This document shows positions 1 to 9,195 of a DNA stretch of 64,000 nucleotides, piece after piece; within the stretch, counting starts at the first letter, position 1; every line of letters begins with the position of its first letter. The notes below the pieces were generated by a model. It saw only the letters and a list, made by a program, of their open reading frames with translations. It ran no database searches and was not told the origin of the DNA. Where the stretch lies: contig CAZPBC010000007.1 of the NCBI GenBank assembly GCA_964584775.1, forward strand, positions 7,320 to 71,319, in the 5' to 3' direction. Source of the stretch: an uncultured bacterium. GTDB taxonomy: Bacteria; Chlamydiota; Chlamydiia; Chlamydiales; SLFE01. A program made the translations under genes and the position numbers.

Positions 1-1
1 A

Positions 2-1315
2 ACGGTCCGGAAGCAAAAAACTTTCAGCTTTATCGAAGTGGGTGATGGATCCAGCCTCAGTAACTTACAAGTCCTCCTTGAGTCATCGGTGCCTCATTAC
101 AATGAGATCATCGACTCTCTGACGACCGGTGCTTCCATTGTGGTGAAGGGAAAGATTGTAGAAAATCCTAAGAAGAAGGGAGCCCTCGAAGTTCAAGCTG
201 AGAGTATTGACCTCGTCGGTGGATGTGATGCAGAAAAATACCCTCTGCAGAAAAAGCGTCACACCTTCGAGTTCTTGCGTTCTATCGCACACCTTCGTCC
301 TCGCACCAACACCCTTGGGTCGATCGCTCGTGTGCGCCAAGCGCTCTCTTTTGCAACACACCAATTTTTTCAGAACCGCAGCTTCTACTGGGTGAACACG
401 CCGATCGTCACAGCGTCTGACTGTGAGGGTGCCGGAGAACTTTTCCAGGTGAGCACGCTAGATATGGAAAAGCTTCCTAAAAACGGCCAAGGGAAAGTCG
501 ATTACGAAAAAGACTTTTTCGAGAAGCCAGCCTATCTCACTGTCTCAGGCCAGCTCAACGCTGAGATTTTTGCCCTTGCTCTTTCAGACGTCTATACCTT
601 CGGCCCCACGTTCCGTGCAGAAAATTCAAACACCTCACGCCACTTAGCTGAGTTTTGGATGATCGAACCAGAGATGGCTTTTGCTGACTTGAATGATGAC
701 ATGGAGCTCGCAGAATCTTACCTCAAGTTTGTCGTGAAATACGTTCTCGACAACTGTCAAGAAGAGATGGACTTCTTTGATAAATACATCAAGAAGGGGT
801 TGCGTTCTCGTCTCGAGCAGATTGTCAATGAGCCCTTTGAACACGCAACCTACTCTTACGCCATCCGTATCTTAGAGAAGGCGGACAAGAAGTTTGAGTA
901 CCCCGTTAAGTGGGGTCTGGATCTTCAGTCAGAGCATGAGCGCTACCTGACTGAAGAGTACTTTGGGAAGCCGGTCATTTTGACTGACTATCCAAGAGAT
1001 ATTAAAGCTTTCTATATGCGTGCCAACGACGACGAGAAGACCGTTGCTGCGATGGATGTGCTTGTTCCTGGTGTCGGAGAAATTATCGGCGGTAGTCAGA
1101 GGGAAGAGCGGATCGAGCGCCTCGAAAAACGGCTCGATGAACTCGGTCTCCCGAAAGAATCCTACTGGTGGTACCTCGAACTCCGTAAGTATGGCTCTGT
1201 TCCTCATGCAGGATTTGGAGTGGGCTTCGAGCGCTTGCTTCAGTTTGTCACAGGAATGGATAACATCAGAGATGTGATTCCCTTCCCACGTTATCCTGGA
1301 AAAGCAGACTTTTAA
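2..1315 (+). CDS. asnS: Asparagine--tRNA ligase, 5'-truncated by window edge
   Basis: Frame is open from position 2 ([19 protein letters not shown]-fold anticodon domain). Class IIb motifs [21 protein letters not shown] and [17 protein letters not shown] and [11 protein letters not shown] are typical of AsnRS. Confidence 0.95.
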   Translation, partial: TVRKQKTFSFIEVGDGSSLSNLQVLLESSVPHYNEIIDSLTTGASIVVKGKIVENPKKKGALEVQAESIDLVGGCDAEKYPLQKKRHTFEFLRSIAHLRPRTNTLGSIARVRQALSFATHQFFQNRSFYWVNTPIVTASDCEGAGELFQVSTLDMEKLPKNGQGKVDYEKDFFEKPAYLTVSGQLNAEIFALALSDVYTFGPTFRAENSNTSRHLAEFWMIEPEMAFADLNDDMELAESYLKFVVKYVLDNCQEEMDFFDKYIKKGLRSRLEQIVNEPFEHATYSYAIRILEKADKKFEYPVKWGLDLQSEHERYLTEEYFGKPVILTDYPRDIKAFYMRANDDEKTVAAMDVLVPGVGEIIGGSQREERIERLEKRLDELGLPKESYWWYLELRKYGSVPHAGFGVGFERLLQFVTGMDNIRDVIPFPRYPGKADF

Positions 1316-1330
1316 GGTTAAGGCAGAGTT

Positions 1331-2338
1331 CTAAATCGCTTCTGTCTGAAGCACTCTTGTACGCTTTTTGACCTTGCCGCGTAGCTGTCTTTGGATCGAC
1401 GTAGAGAGGAGCTCATCGGCTGTTTCCAGCTGGGTCGCGATCCGTCCCCGTCTCTGGTCTAGGATATGGTGGATCTGATCGATGTTAAAGAGATCGATGA
1501 GTGGATGGTGACCAAGTGCGGGGTCCACATTGCGAGGCACAGAAAGGTCGATGAGGAGTTTCTTATCCTCAATAGACGGAAGCAATCCAGTCGAAATCAA
1601 ATAACGTGGAGACTTCGTCCCGAAAATCACCATCTCATAATCTTTCCAATTTGATAGTTCACCCCAGGGAAGCATTTGGACGCCGTAATGTTCAGAAGAG
1701 AGTTCAGCGCGCTCATCGGTACGGTTGCAGAGGGTGAGCTGTGGCAGTCCTTTATTTTTGAAGAAGGAGAGGATCTTCAGGTTGATCTTCGAAGCCCCTA
1801 CGAAAAGAATTGGTCCCTCTTGAATCTTTTCATTGGTTAAGGCGAGGAGGGCATGCTCGATATCTGGGATCCCTCGAACAGTGGGGAAGTGGGTGCGGAC
1901 CAGTTTTCCATTTTTGAGTCCTTTTTGGAAGAGGAAGTGGAGGTCCTTTGGTAGACGTGCATAGTTCGACGCTTGCTGATAGGCAGCTTTGACTTGGCCT
2001 TGGATCTCTGTCTCCCCGAGGATGGCGCTGTCGAGGCCAGAGGTGACCCTGGAAAGGTGTTTGAGGCAATCTTCGTCAAAGAAAGAGTAGAGGAGTTGGT
2101 CGAGCTCGGCTTCGGGAACTTCGCTCCGTAGAATTTGTAAAATGTAGACATGGGTGAGGGCAAGGTCATCCGAGGAGAAGTAGATTTCGGTCCGGTTGCA
2201 AGTGGAAAGAAGGACAAACGCGTGTCTTAAGTGTAGCTGGAAACGGCTCCCAAAGCGCTTGAGGCAGCAATGGGCAAAGAGCTCACGGATATTGAGAGAG
2301 GCGGCTTTATGGTTGATCCCCACCACGCCAAAACGCAT
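1331..2338 (-). CDS. hemA: Glutamyl-tRNA reductase
   Basis: VLLSTCNRTEIY (catalytic Cys), SGLDSAILGETEIQGQVK, DLSVPRNVDP. Confidence 0.95.
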   Translation of the reverse strand: MRFGVVGINHKAASLNIRELFAHCCLKRFGSRFQLHLRHAFVLLSTCNRTEIYFSSDDLALTHVYILQILRSEVPEAELDQLLYSFFDEDCLKHLSRVTSGLDSAILGETEIQGQVKAAYQQASNYARLPKDLHFLFQKGLKNGKLVRTHFPTVRGIPDIEHALLALTNEKIQEGPILFVGASKINLKILSFFKNKGLPQLTLCNRTDERAELSSEHYGVQMLPWGELSNWKDYEMVIFGTKSPRYLISTGLLPSIEDKKLLIDLSVPRNVDPALGHHPLIDLFNIDQIHHILDQRRGRIATQLETADELLSTSIQRQLRGKVKKRTRVLQTEAI

Positions 2339-2379
2339 GAATTTTCCTCCAAATCAGACTTTATAAGAGAGTAGGACTT

Positions 2380-2397
2380 TTTTGGGCTAGCCCAAAA
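2380..2397. promoter_or_regulatory. Perfect 18-bp palindrome TTTTGGGCTAGCCCAAAA between divergent hemA and hemH; candidate operator
   Basis: Read directly from sequence; lies centrally in the 87-bp divergent intergenic region. Function is inferred. Confidence 0.45.
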
Positions 2398-2425
2398 GTA
2401 AAGAAAAGACTTACGATTGCCACTG

Positions 2426-3421
2426 ATGAAAGCTGTTCTCTTAGTGAATACAGGAAGTCCAAAGGCGCCTACTCCACTGGCCGTCTACTCCTACTTGACC
2501 GAGTTTCTCTCGGATCCACGCGTGATTGATATTCCCACATGGAAGAGGAAGTTACTAGTGAACGGAGTGATCGTTCCGTTCCGCTTTCTGACTTCGACGA
2601 AAGCGTACCGGGCTATCTGGTCTGAAGAGGGATCTCCTCTCGTCTTTTGGGGGGAGCGCACCCGCACCCTCCTTGAAGAGCTCCTCGGGCCTGGCTACCG
2701 AGTGGAGCTGGCGATGCGTTATGGAAGTCCCTCAATTGAAGCAGCGCTCGGCCGTTTAGAAAAAGAGGGTGTCGATGAACTGATCATTTTGCCTCTTTTT
2801 CCTCAATACACTTCGGCGACGACCGGCTCTGTTTTCGAAGAGGTGATGCGCTGCTTGAAGGGGTGGCAGTCTCTTCCAAAAATGAAGTGGGTCAAAAACT
2901 ACCCTACTCATACCCGCTTTATTGAGGCGTGGAAAGCGCGTGCGGCAAGCTATGACCTCGACTCCTACGACCACATCCTTTTCAGTTACCACGGCCTGCC
3001 CGAACGGCAGATCCAAAAGGCCGACAAAAGTGGTTTCTGCCTCACTCGAAATTGCTGCCATCGTCAAAAGAATCCCACCTGCTACTCAGCACAGTGTTAT
3101 GCGACAACGCATAAGATCTGTCAGGCTCTCCAGATTCCGGAAGAAAAAGTCTCGCTCGCCTTCCAGTCCAGGCTCGGACGTGAGCCGTGGCTCACCCCCT
3201 ACACTTCCGATACTCTCAAAAACTTGGCTGAGCAGGGAAAAAAACGGCTTCTGATCTTCTCGCCAGCCTTTGTTGCAGACTGTCTCGAAACCCTCTACGA
3301 AATCGGTGTCGAGTATGAAGAGGAGTTCCAAGAGGCTGGAGGAGAGAAGCTCGACTTCGTCGAAAGCTTGAACGACCATCCACTTTGGATTGACACTCTC
3401 AAAGAGTTGGTCACCTCCTAA
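2426..3421 (+). CDS. hemH: Ferrochelatase
   Basis: LLVNTGSP, FLSDPRVID, LAMRYGSP, LFPQYTSATTGS, FSYHGLP, FQSRLG-EPWLTPYT, FVADCLETLYEI. ATG at 2426 preferred over TTG at 2417. Confidence 0.95.
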   Translation: MKAVLLVNTGSPKAPTPLAVYSYLTEFLSDPRVIDIPTWKRKLLVNGVIVPFRFLTSTKAYRAIWSEEGSPLVFWGERTRTLLEELLGPGYRVELAMRYGSPSIEAALGRLEKEGVDELIILPLFPQYTSATTGSVFEEVMRCLKGWQSLPKMKWVKNYPTHTRFIEAWKARAASYDLDSYDHILFSYHGLPERQIQKADKSGFCLTRNCCHRQKNPTCYSAQCYATTHKICQALQIPEEKVSLAFQSRLGREPWLTPYTSDTLKNLAEQGKKRLLIFSPAFVADCLETLYEIGVEYEEEFQEAGGEKLDFVESLNDHPLWIDTLKELVTS

Positions 3422-3515
3422 ATTTTTTTCTCTTTAAGGACATCAAAAGATACGCCTCAGTATAAGTAAAAACTACCCAAGACAATCGTCGGATTTATGA
3501 TATAGTGTAAGGGGC

Positions 3516-4622
3516 ATGATGCAGGTTAAGAATCCATTTTTTGACGAGACTCTCAGGCCGCTTCTTCATGTCGCAGGAAAAAAGCACTCGTCGACCGAGT
3601 TATCTTCTGCGCTATCACGTCTTGACTATGTGGTTTTGACTTGGAAGCAGCTGAGTGATGCTCAAGTGTGCGCTCTGGGACGTGCTCTTGTTCATAATTA
3701 TACCGTGACCTTTTTGGATTTAAGCCAAAGTCACCTTTCCGACAGAGGCGTGTTACTCCTTTCTGTCGCGCTGAGAAGTAATCGGGTTGTCAAGCGGCTC
3801 GTCATCAACGACAATCAATGTGGAATCACGGATGGAAACGTCCCTCCGAGTCTTGGAGAGGTGGGACAAACAGCCCTTTTCACCATGCTTTCGAGTACTC
3901 GATCTCTCCGAGAGTTCCAATTTTGTAATGGTGGACTGACAGCGCCGGCACTCATCGCCCTCAAGCAAGTTTTAGAAAGATATCAAACGTTGAAGTCTTT
4001 GACTCTTGTGGTCGATAGCGAGAGGACTACCAAAGGAGTCGCAGAGGCGGTCGGTGTCAACAAGGGCCTTGAAACACTCGAGCTCGTGACTGGCCAGACC
4101 GACTTAGGAAAGGGGTGGGAGGCGTTAGCAGGTATGCTCAATTCCAACACGTCACTAAAGAGGCTCTTTATTCACCATAGTGTTACCCACAAGAAACAAA
4201 ATCCTCCCCACTCAGAACAAGCCTTTAGGAGTTTTTGTGTTGCGTTGTCAAAAAATAGGAGTTTGACTGCTCTTGTTCTGCATTTTCTTGAACTGGGACC
4301 TCAGGAGGCGGCTCTACTAGGAGAAGCACTTAGAACAAACCAAGCTCTCAAAGCACTTCAAATTGATCACTGCAAACTGCATGATGCAGGGGGGATCTCT
4401 ATTACAGAGGCTCTCCTCGAAAACCGTACATTGATTGAGCTTGATCTTTCTGCATGTTATATTGGTGTGGAAGGACTTCGCGCGCTCTTCAACGCGCTCA
4501 AGGCCAATCGAACTGTGAAAAAGTTGACCCTGCGTCTCACCGCTCATGTGAGTGAAGAGTTGGTTGCCTCCGATCTTTTAAAAGAAAACAGTGCGGTCAG
4601 AGTCATTTCGCTTCAGGATTAG
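3516..4622 (+). CDS. RNI-like (NLRC3/RanGAP-type) leucine-rich repeat protein; candidate effector
   Basis: Recurrent ~28-aa units: ALRSNRVVKRLVI, ALSKNRSLTALVL, ALRTNQALKALQI, ALLENRTLIELDLSACYIG, ALKANRTVKKLTL. Confidence 0.8.
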   Translation: MMQVKNPFFDETLRPLLHVAGKKHSSTELSSALSRLDYVVLTWKQLSDAQVCALGRALVHNYTVTFLDLSQSHLSDRGVLLLSVALRSNRVVKRLVINDNQCGITDGNVPPSLGEVGQTALFTMLSSTRSLREFQFCNGGLTAPALIALKQVLERYQTLKSLTLVVDSERTTKGVAEAVGVNKGLETLELVTGQTDLGKGWEALAGMLNSNTSLKRLFIHHSVTHKKQNPPHSEQAFRSFCVALSKNRSLTALVLHFLELGPQEAALLGEALRTNQALKALQIDHCKLHDAGGISITEALLENRTLIELDLSACYIGVEGLRALFNALKANRTVKKLTLRLTAHVSEELVASDLLKENSAVRVISLQD

Positions 4623-4625
4623 AGA

Positions 4626-5285
4626 ATGAACGTCAAATTATCCACGGCAGAACAGGAGATTCGAGACAGGTTTCTTGGGGAGGGAGACCTAGAGAACGCG
4701 GTTTCTGATTTAGGATTAATAAAGCGACTTGATCTTCATGGAGTAGAACTTGAGGGAACGCGCGCAGTGCTCCTCACTGCTGCATTAAAAGCCAATCGAA
4801 CTCTTTTGTCTCTGAATCTTCGGGGGGCCCATGTTGAAAAGGGAGTCGTTACAACACTCCTGGGTCAATGTGGGGCTCTTCAATGTTTGGATGTACGGGG
4901 ATGGTGCTTCTCGCATGAAGAAATGATACCCTTTGCAGCTGCTGTGAAAGAACACCCAGCCCTTCGTACTCTCAGAATCGGCGCAGAAAAGATGGACGAG
5001 AGTGCATGGAGAGTTTTAGGGGAAGCGGTCTCTGAACATCCCCGTCTCAAGTCGATGATTCTTGCCATACGCTGTTGTCATGTGGCAGCGATCCTTAGAG
5101 GGGGTACACCCCTTGTGAATCTCACGCTAGAGCTCAGTGATCCTTGTGGAGAGGGGTGTCGACGCCGTGTGACTGAAGCGGTGAAGTCGAATGAGGCCCT
5201 TCGATCACTCACCCTGCCTGAAGGGTTTCATAAAGAGGACTTTCCAGGGATAAGGGTGAGTGATCAAAGAGTTCTATCAACTTAA
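4626..5285 (+). CDS. RNI-like LRR protein, tandem paralogue of the upstream gene
   Basis: ALKANRTLLSLNLRG, AVKEHPALRTLRI, AVSEHPRLKSMIL, AVKSNEALRSLTL. Same frame as the upstream ORF. Confidence 0.72.
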   Translation: MNVKLSTAEQEIRDRFLGEGDLENAVSDLGLIKRLDLHGVELEGTRAVLLTAALKANRTLLSLNLRGAHVEKGVVTTLLGQCGALQCLDVRGWCFSHEEMIPFAAAVKEHPALRTLRIGAEKMDESAWRVLGEAVSEHPRLKSMILAIRCCHVAAILRGGTPLVNLTLELSDPCGEGCRRRVTEAVKSNEALRSLTLPEGFHKEDFPGIRVSDQRVLST

Positions 5286-5303
5286 AAGATCTCGTGAAAG
5301 AAA

Positions 5304-6245
5304 TTAACTAGGTTTTCTTGCGACAACTTGTATCATCGGGAAATAATCTGCGGTAAAATCTCCCTCTTCCAATTCTCTAAATTCCTCGAGAGCTCGGTCC
5401 ATTCTATCGCTGGTGGTTTTTCCTGAATCAATAAACTTTTCTCTTAGCTCGAGCATGCCAAGTCTAAATATGGCTTTTAGACGAGGTGAGGTCAATTGTG
5501 ACTGATAAGGTTTGTTTGTGATCACTTTTAGGCCTCGTTCTTCAGCCATTGCTGCGAGCTTTTGACCAATTTGGAAGTCTGTTGCCTGAATTTTACCATA
5601 GTGTTCAGCCATGTCGAGCCAAAATTCATACCCTTCACTTGAGGGGGTGCAGGTGTAGTGTTCTCGCTCGAATCCATGGGTGAGATCTTCACAAATGAGA
5701 ACCCCTCCTGGCTTGACTCTCTCGATCATTTGTGCCAGGACTCGTTCAGGGTGATCTAGGTGGCAGAGAAATAACCGACACATGACGACATCGAACTGTT
5801 CTGTATACCTCTCTCTGATCTCACTGGCTAGACACTGTTCGAAGGTGGTGAATCCATTGACACCATCTGCAATTGCGGCTGTTTTTGCGAGTTCAAGCTG
5901 CTTGGGCTCGGCATCCAGTCCTAGCACTTGGCAACCGTATCGCTTTGCGACCTGCCGGGCCATGCTTGCGTTACCACAACCGACATCTAACACTTGAGAT
6001 TCACTAGAGAGGCCGAGGGTTTCAAGGAGTTCCCATGTTTTGGGATCCAAAATTTCGCATTGTAAATTTAGACGATTGACCCCTTTTTTTCCCACCTCCA
6101 TCCAATAGGGTGTGTCAGCCTTTGCTGATAGTGCTTTAGAAGCTAACCCTGCTGTTTTAAGCTCGTCAGCTTTTTCTGTAGCAGCTTCGGTCGGTTTTGC
6201 TGAAGCAGTCTCGGCTGTTAAGCCTGTTGTTCCTGGTATGCTCAT
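5304..6245 (-). CDS. Class I SAM-dependent methyltransferase with low-complexity N-terminal extension
   Basis: Motif I VLDVGCGNA, motif II region VLGLDAEP, FDVVMCRLFLCHL, and VKPGGVLICED. Confidence 0.85.
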   Translation of the reverse strand: MSIPGTTGLTAETASAKPTEAATEKADELKTAGLASKALSAKADTPYWMEVGKKGVNRLNLQCEILDPKTWELLETLGLSSESQVLDVGCGNASMARQVAKRYGCQVLGLDAEPKQLELAKTAAIADGVNGFTTFEQCLASEIRERYTEQFDVVMCRLFLCHLDHPERVLAQMIERVKPGGVLICEDLTHGFEREHYTCTPSSEGYEFWLDMAEHYGKIQATDFQIGQKLAAMAEERGLKVITNKPYQSQLTSPRLKAIFRLGMLELREKFIDSGKTTSDRMDRALEEFRELEEGDFTADYFPMIQVVARKPS

Positions 6246-6284
6246 TGTTCTCTCCCTATTTGATGATTAAGGATGATGAATAGA

Positions 6285-7283
6285 TTAAATGATTTTCTTG
6301 AGTTCGGCGGCGTTCAGTAGATGCGGGTTGTTATTGGAGGTGTAGGAGAAGGATGCGTCGACTTTCGTGCCGCCGCGTCTCTTTGAACGCTCTTCGAAGG
6401 TTTTTGCGTAAATGGGAGGAAGGAGGAGAAAGTGGTCCTTCATCTCGAGGGTGTAGTGCGACTCGTCGGGGCTGATCAGCAGTTCGTGGAGCTTTTCACC
6501 TTCGCGGATGCCGATGATTTTGATCGGAAGGTCAGGGGCGATGGCTTTCGCCATCTCGGTGATCTTCACACTGGGCATTTTGGGAACAAAAAGCTCTTCT
6601 CCCTGCATTTCGGAAAAGCATTTTGTGACAAAGTCGACTGCGTCTTGGAGAGGGATCCAGAAGCGGGTCATCTCCGGGTCGGTGACAGGGAGCTCTTTCG
6701 CTCCTTTTTGGATCAGCTGTTGCCAGAAGGGGAGAAGGCTGCCTCGGCTACCCAGGACGTTGCCGTAGCGTACCACACTCATTTTGGGCTTTCTTGCTTT
6801 CCCCGTGTAGGCGTTTGCCGCAAGGAAGAGCTTATCCGAGCAGAGTTTTGTCGCTCCGTAGAGGTTGACGGGGTTCACCGATTTGTCGGTCGAGAGGGCA
6901 ATCAGGTGTTCCACTCCGCGGTCGATCGAGGCGTCGATCACGTTCATTGCCCCGTGGATGTTCGTTTGGACAAACTCAGTGGGGTTGTATTCCGCCGCAG
7001 GCACTTGCTTGAGAGCAGCGGCGTGGACCACCACTTGAACGTCATTCAGGGCGCGGTGGAGGCGCTCTTTATCCCTCACATCTCCAAGGAAGAAACGGAG
7101 GCGCTCGCGGTCATGTTCGCTGAAGGCATTTTGCATCTCCCACTGCTTCCACTCATCGCGGGAGAAGATGATGATCCGGCTTGCTTTGCTCTTTTCGAGC
7201 AGGGTGCGTGCGAAAGCACGGCCAAAACTTCCCGTTCCACCCGTGATCAAAACCGATTTATTCTTAAAAAAAGAAAGGCTCAT
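6285..7283 (-). CDS. pseB: UDP-N-acetylglucosamine 4,6-dehydratase (inverting), PseB/FlaA1 family
   Basis: LITGGTGSFG, IFSRDEWKQ, HAAALKQVPAAEYNP, LSTDKSVNPVNLYGATKL, RYGNVLGSRGS, TDPEMTRFWI, GIREGEKLHE. Confidence 0.92.
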   Translation of the reverse strand: MSLSFFKNKSVLITGGTGSFGRAFARTLLEKSKASRIIIFSRDEWKQWEMQNAFSEHDRERLRFFLGDVRDKERLHRALNDVQVVVHAAALKQVPAAEYNPTEFVQTNIHGAMNVIDASIDRGVEHLIALSTDKSVNPVNLYGATKLCSDKLFLAANAYTGKARKPKMSVVRYGNVLGSRGSLLPFWQQLIQKGAKELPVTDPEMTRFWIPLQDAVDFVTKCFSEMQGEELFVPKMPSVKITEMAKAIAPDLPIKIIGIREGEKLHELLISPDESHYTLEMKDHFLLLPPIYAKTFEERSKRRGGTKVDASFSYTSNNNPHLLNAAELKKII

Positions 7284-7310
7284 CCTACTTTTAGGATAGT
7301 CTATCCAGGC

Positions 7311-7340
7311 TTAGACGAAAACCATTGAGTTTGCTATACT
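7311..7340 (+). promoter_or_regulatory. Possible sigma66/sigma70-type promoter for parE-parC
   Basis: TTAGAC, 18-nt spacer, TATACT with a TG extension, ~40 nt upstream of the parE ATG. Confidence 0.35.
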
Positions 7341-7381
7341 TTTTGAAGTTTTCATAAATCATTGATATCCAGAACTTTTGT

Positions 7382-9193
7382 ATGGCTAAGAAGTACGACG
7401 AATCGACAATTCAAACATTAGATGCCCTTGAGCATATACGACTTAGGTCAGGGATGTATATCGGGAGACTCGGAGACGGCTCCCACCCCGACGATGGAAT
7501 CTATGTCATGCTCAAAGAGGTGGTGGATAACTCCATCGATGAATTCATCATGGGTGCTGGCAGCCGCGTGAAGGTCGATATCGACTTTGACGCCGGAGTC
7601 GTCTCCGTGAGGGATTACGGACGTGGGATTCCTTTAGGGAAGGCGATTGACTGTGTGAGCCAGATCAACACCGGGGCAAAGTACAACGACGACGTCTTCC
7701 AATTCTCTGTCGGTTTGAATGGAGTCGGAACAAAAGCAGTGAACGCCCTTTCCGAGCACTTTGTGCTGCGCTCTTTCCGCGACGGGAAGATGATTGAAGC
7801 GGAATTCTCGAAGGGTAAGTTGAAAAAGCAGAAGAAGTCGGCAACGAAAGAAAAAAACGGTGTCTATATTGAGTTCCAGCCCGACTTAGAGATCTTTAAG
7901 AAGATCCGCTTTAACAGAGACTTCCTCAACAAGCGGATTTGGAACTATGCCTACCTGAACAAAGGCCTCGTTCTGGAGATGAACGGGGAAAAGTTTGTCT
8001 CGGAGAACGGACTGCTTGACCTTTTGAATGCTGAGGTTTCCAAAGAGGAGAAGTTCTACGAGCCACTCCACTATGTGGGTAAAAAGCTTGAGTTTGCTTT
8101 CCTCCATACTCAAAACTACGGAGAGAATTACTTTTCTTACGTCAATGGTCAGTATACCTCTGATGGGGGAACACACCTCTCTGCGTTCCGCGAAGGTCTA
8201 TTAAAGGGCGTCAACGCCTACGCGAAGAAGAATTTCGATGGAGTCGATGTCCGTGAGGGGATTTTAGGGGCTCTTGCGATCAAATTGAAAGAGCCGATCT
8301 TTGAGTCTCAAACGAAAAACAAGCTCGGAAACGCAGATATCCGTTCAGAAATTGTACAAGAGGTGAAGGAAGCGGTTTCCAACCTTCTCTATAAGAATAG
8401 CGATGTCGCGAAGAAAATTGTCGAACGGATTGCTTATAACGAAAAGCTCCGTAAAGAGCTTGCGGCGGTCAAGAAGGAAGCGAAAGAGAAGCAGAAGAAG
8501 ATCTCTTTTCAAATCCCGAAGCTGCGCGACTGCAAGTACCATCGCGGTGACAAGTCGACTTACGGCGATGAGACCATGATCTTTTTAACCGAGGGGGTAT
8601 CGGCAAGTGCGTCTATCATCGCCTCAAGGAACCCCAAAACCCAGGCCGTCTTTTCTCTTCGTGGGAAGCCGCTCAACGTCTTTGGACTCAAGCTCGACCA
8701 ACTCTACAAAAACGAAGAGATGTACAACCTCATGAGTGCGCTCAATGTCGAGGAGGATGTCGACAACTTGCGTTATGAGAAGGTCATTCTCGCGACCGAT
8801 GCCGATGTCGACGGGATGCATATCCGCAATTTGATCATGACCTTCTTCCTCACCTACTTCGAGAGTCTGGTTGTCAATGGTCACCTCTATATTTTGGAGA
8901 CGCCTCTTTTTAAAGTCCGTAACAAGGAGAAGACGCTTTACTGCTACAGCGAAGAGGAGAAGCTTGCGGCAGAAAAAGAGTTGAAAAAAGGCGTCGAGAT
9001 CACACGCTTCAAGGGTCTTGGTGAGATCTCTCCCCACGAGTTCAAGCAGTTTATTGGAAAAGATATGAGAATCACCCCTGTGACGATTGATCACATTTCA
9101 GATATCCGCCAGACACTCACTTTCTATATGGGAAAAAACACTCCTAAGCGCAAAGAGTTCATTATGAAAAACCTGATTAGTGAGGAGCTGTAG
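7382..9193 (+). CDS. parE: DNA topoisomerase IV subunit B (chlamydial GyrB2)
   Basis: EHIRLRSGMYIG, EVVDNSIDE, DYGRGIP, GLNGVGTKAVNALS, TOPRIM EGxSA / LRGKPLN / ATDADVDGMHI, RFKGLGE. Short (603 aa) and followed by a ParC-type gene. Confidence 0.9.
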   Translation: MAKKYDESTIQTLDALEHIRLRSGMYIGRLGDGSHPDDGIYVMLKEVVDNSIDEFIMGAGSRVKVDIDFDAGVVSVRDYGRGIPLGKAIDCVSQINTGAKYNDDVFQFSVGLNGVGTKAVNALSEHFVLRSFRDGKMIEAEFSKGKLKKQKKSATKEKNGVYIEFQPDLEIFKKIRFNRDFLNKRIWNYAYLNKGLVLEMNGEKFVSENGLLDLLNAEVSKEEKFYEPLHYVGKKLEFAFLHTQNYGENYFSYVNGQYTSDGGTHLSAFREGLLKGVNAYAKKNFDGVDVREGILGALAIKLKEPIFESQTKNKLGNADIRSEIVQEVKEAVSNLLYKNSDVAKKIVERIAYNEKLRKELAAVKKEAKEKQKKISFQIPKLRDCKYHRGDKSTYGDETMIFLTEGVSASASIIASRNPKTQAVFSLRGKPLNVFGLKLDQLYKNEEMYNLMSALNVEEDVDNLRYEKVILATDADVDGMHIRNLIMTFFLTYFESLVVNGHLYILETPLFKVRNKEKTLYCYSEEEKLAAEKELKKGVEITRFKGLGEISPHEFKQFIGKDMRITPVTIDHISDIRQTLTFYMGKNTPKRKEFIMKNLISEEL

Positions 9194-9195
9194 AG

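Noticed and set aside
7294-7306. GGATAG-T-CTATCC inverted repeat between pseB and parE
   Set aside because: Only 6-bp arms; expected by chance in a 64-kb window.
6432-7328. 298-aa ORF on the + strand
   Set aside because: Antisense shadow of pseB; no motifs, typical of codon-bias-driven open frames.
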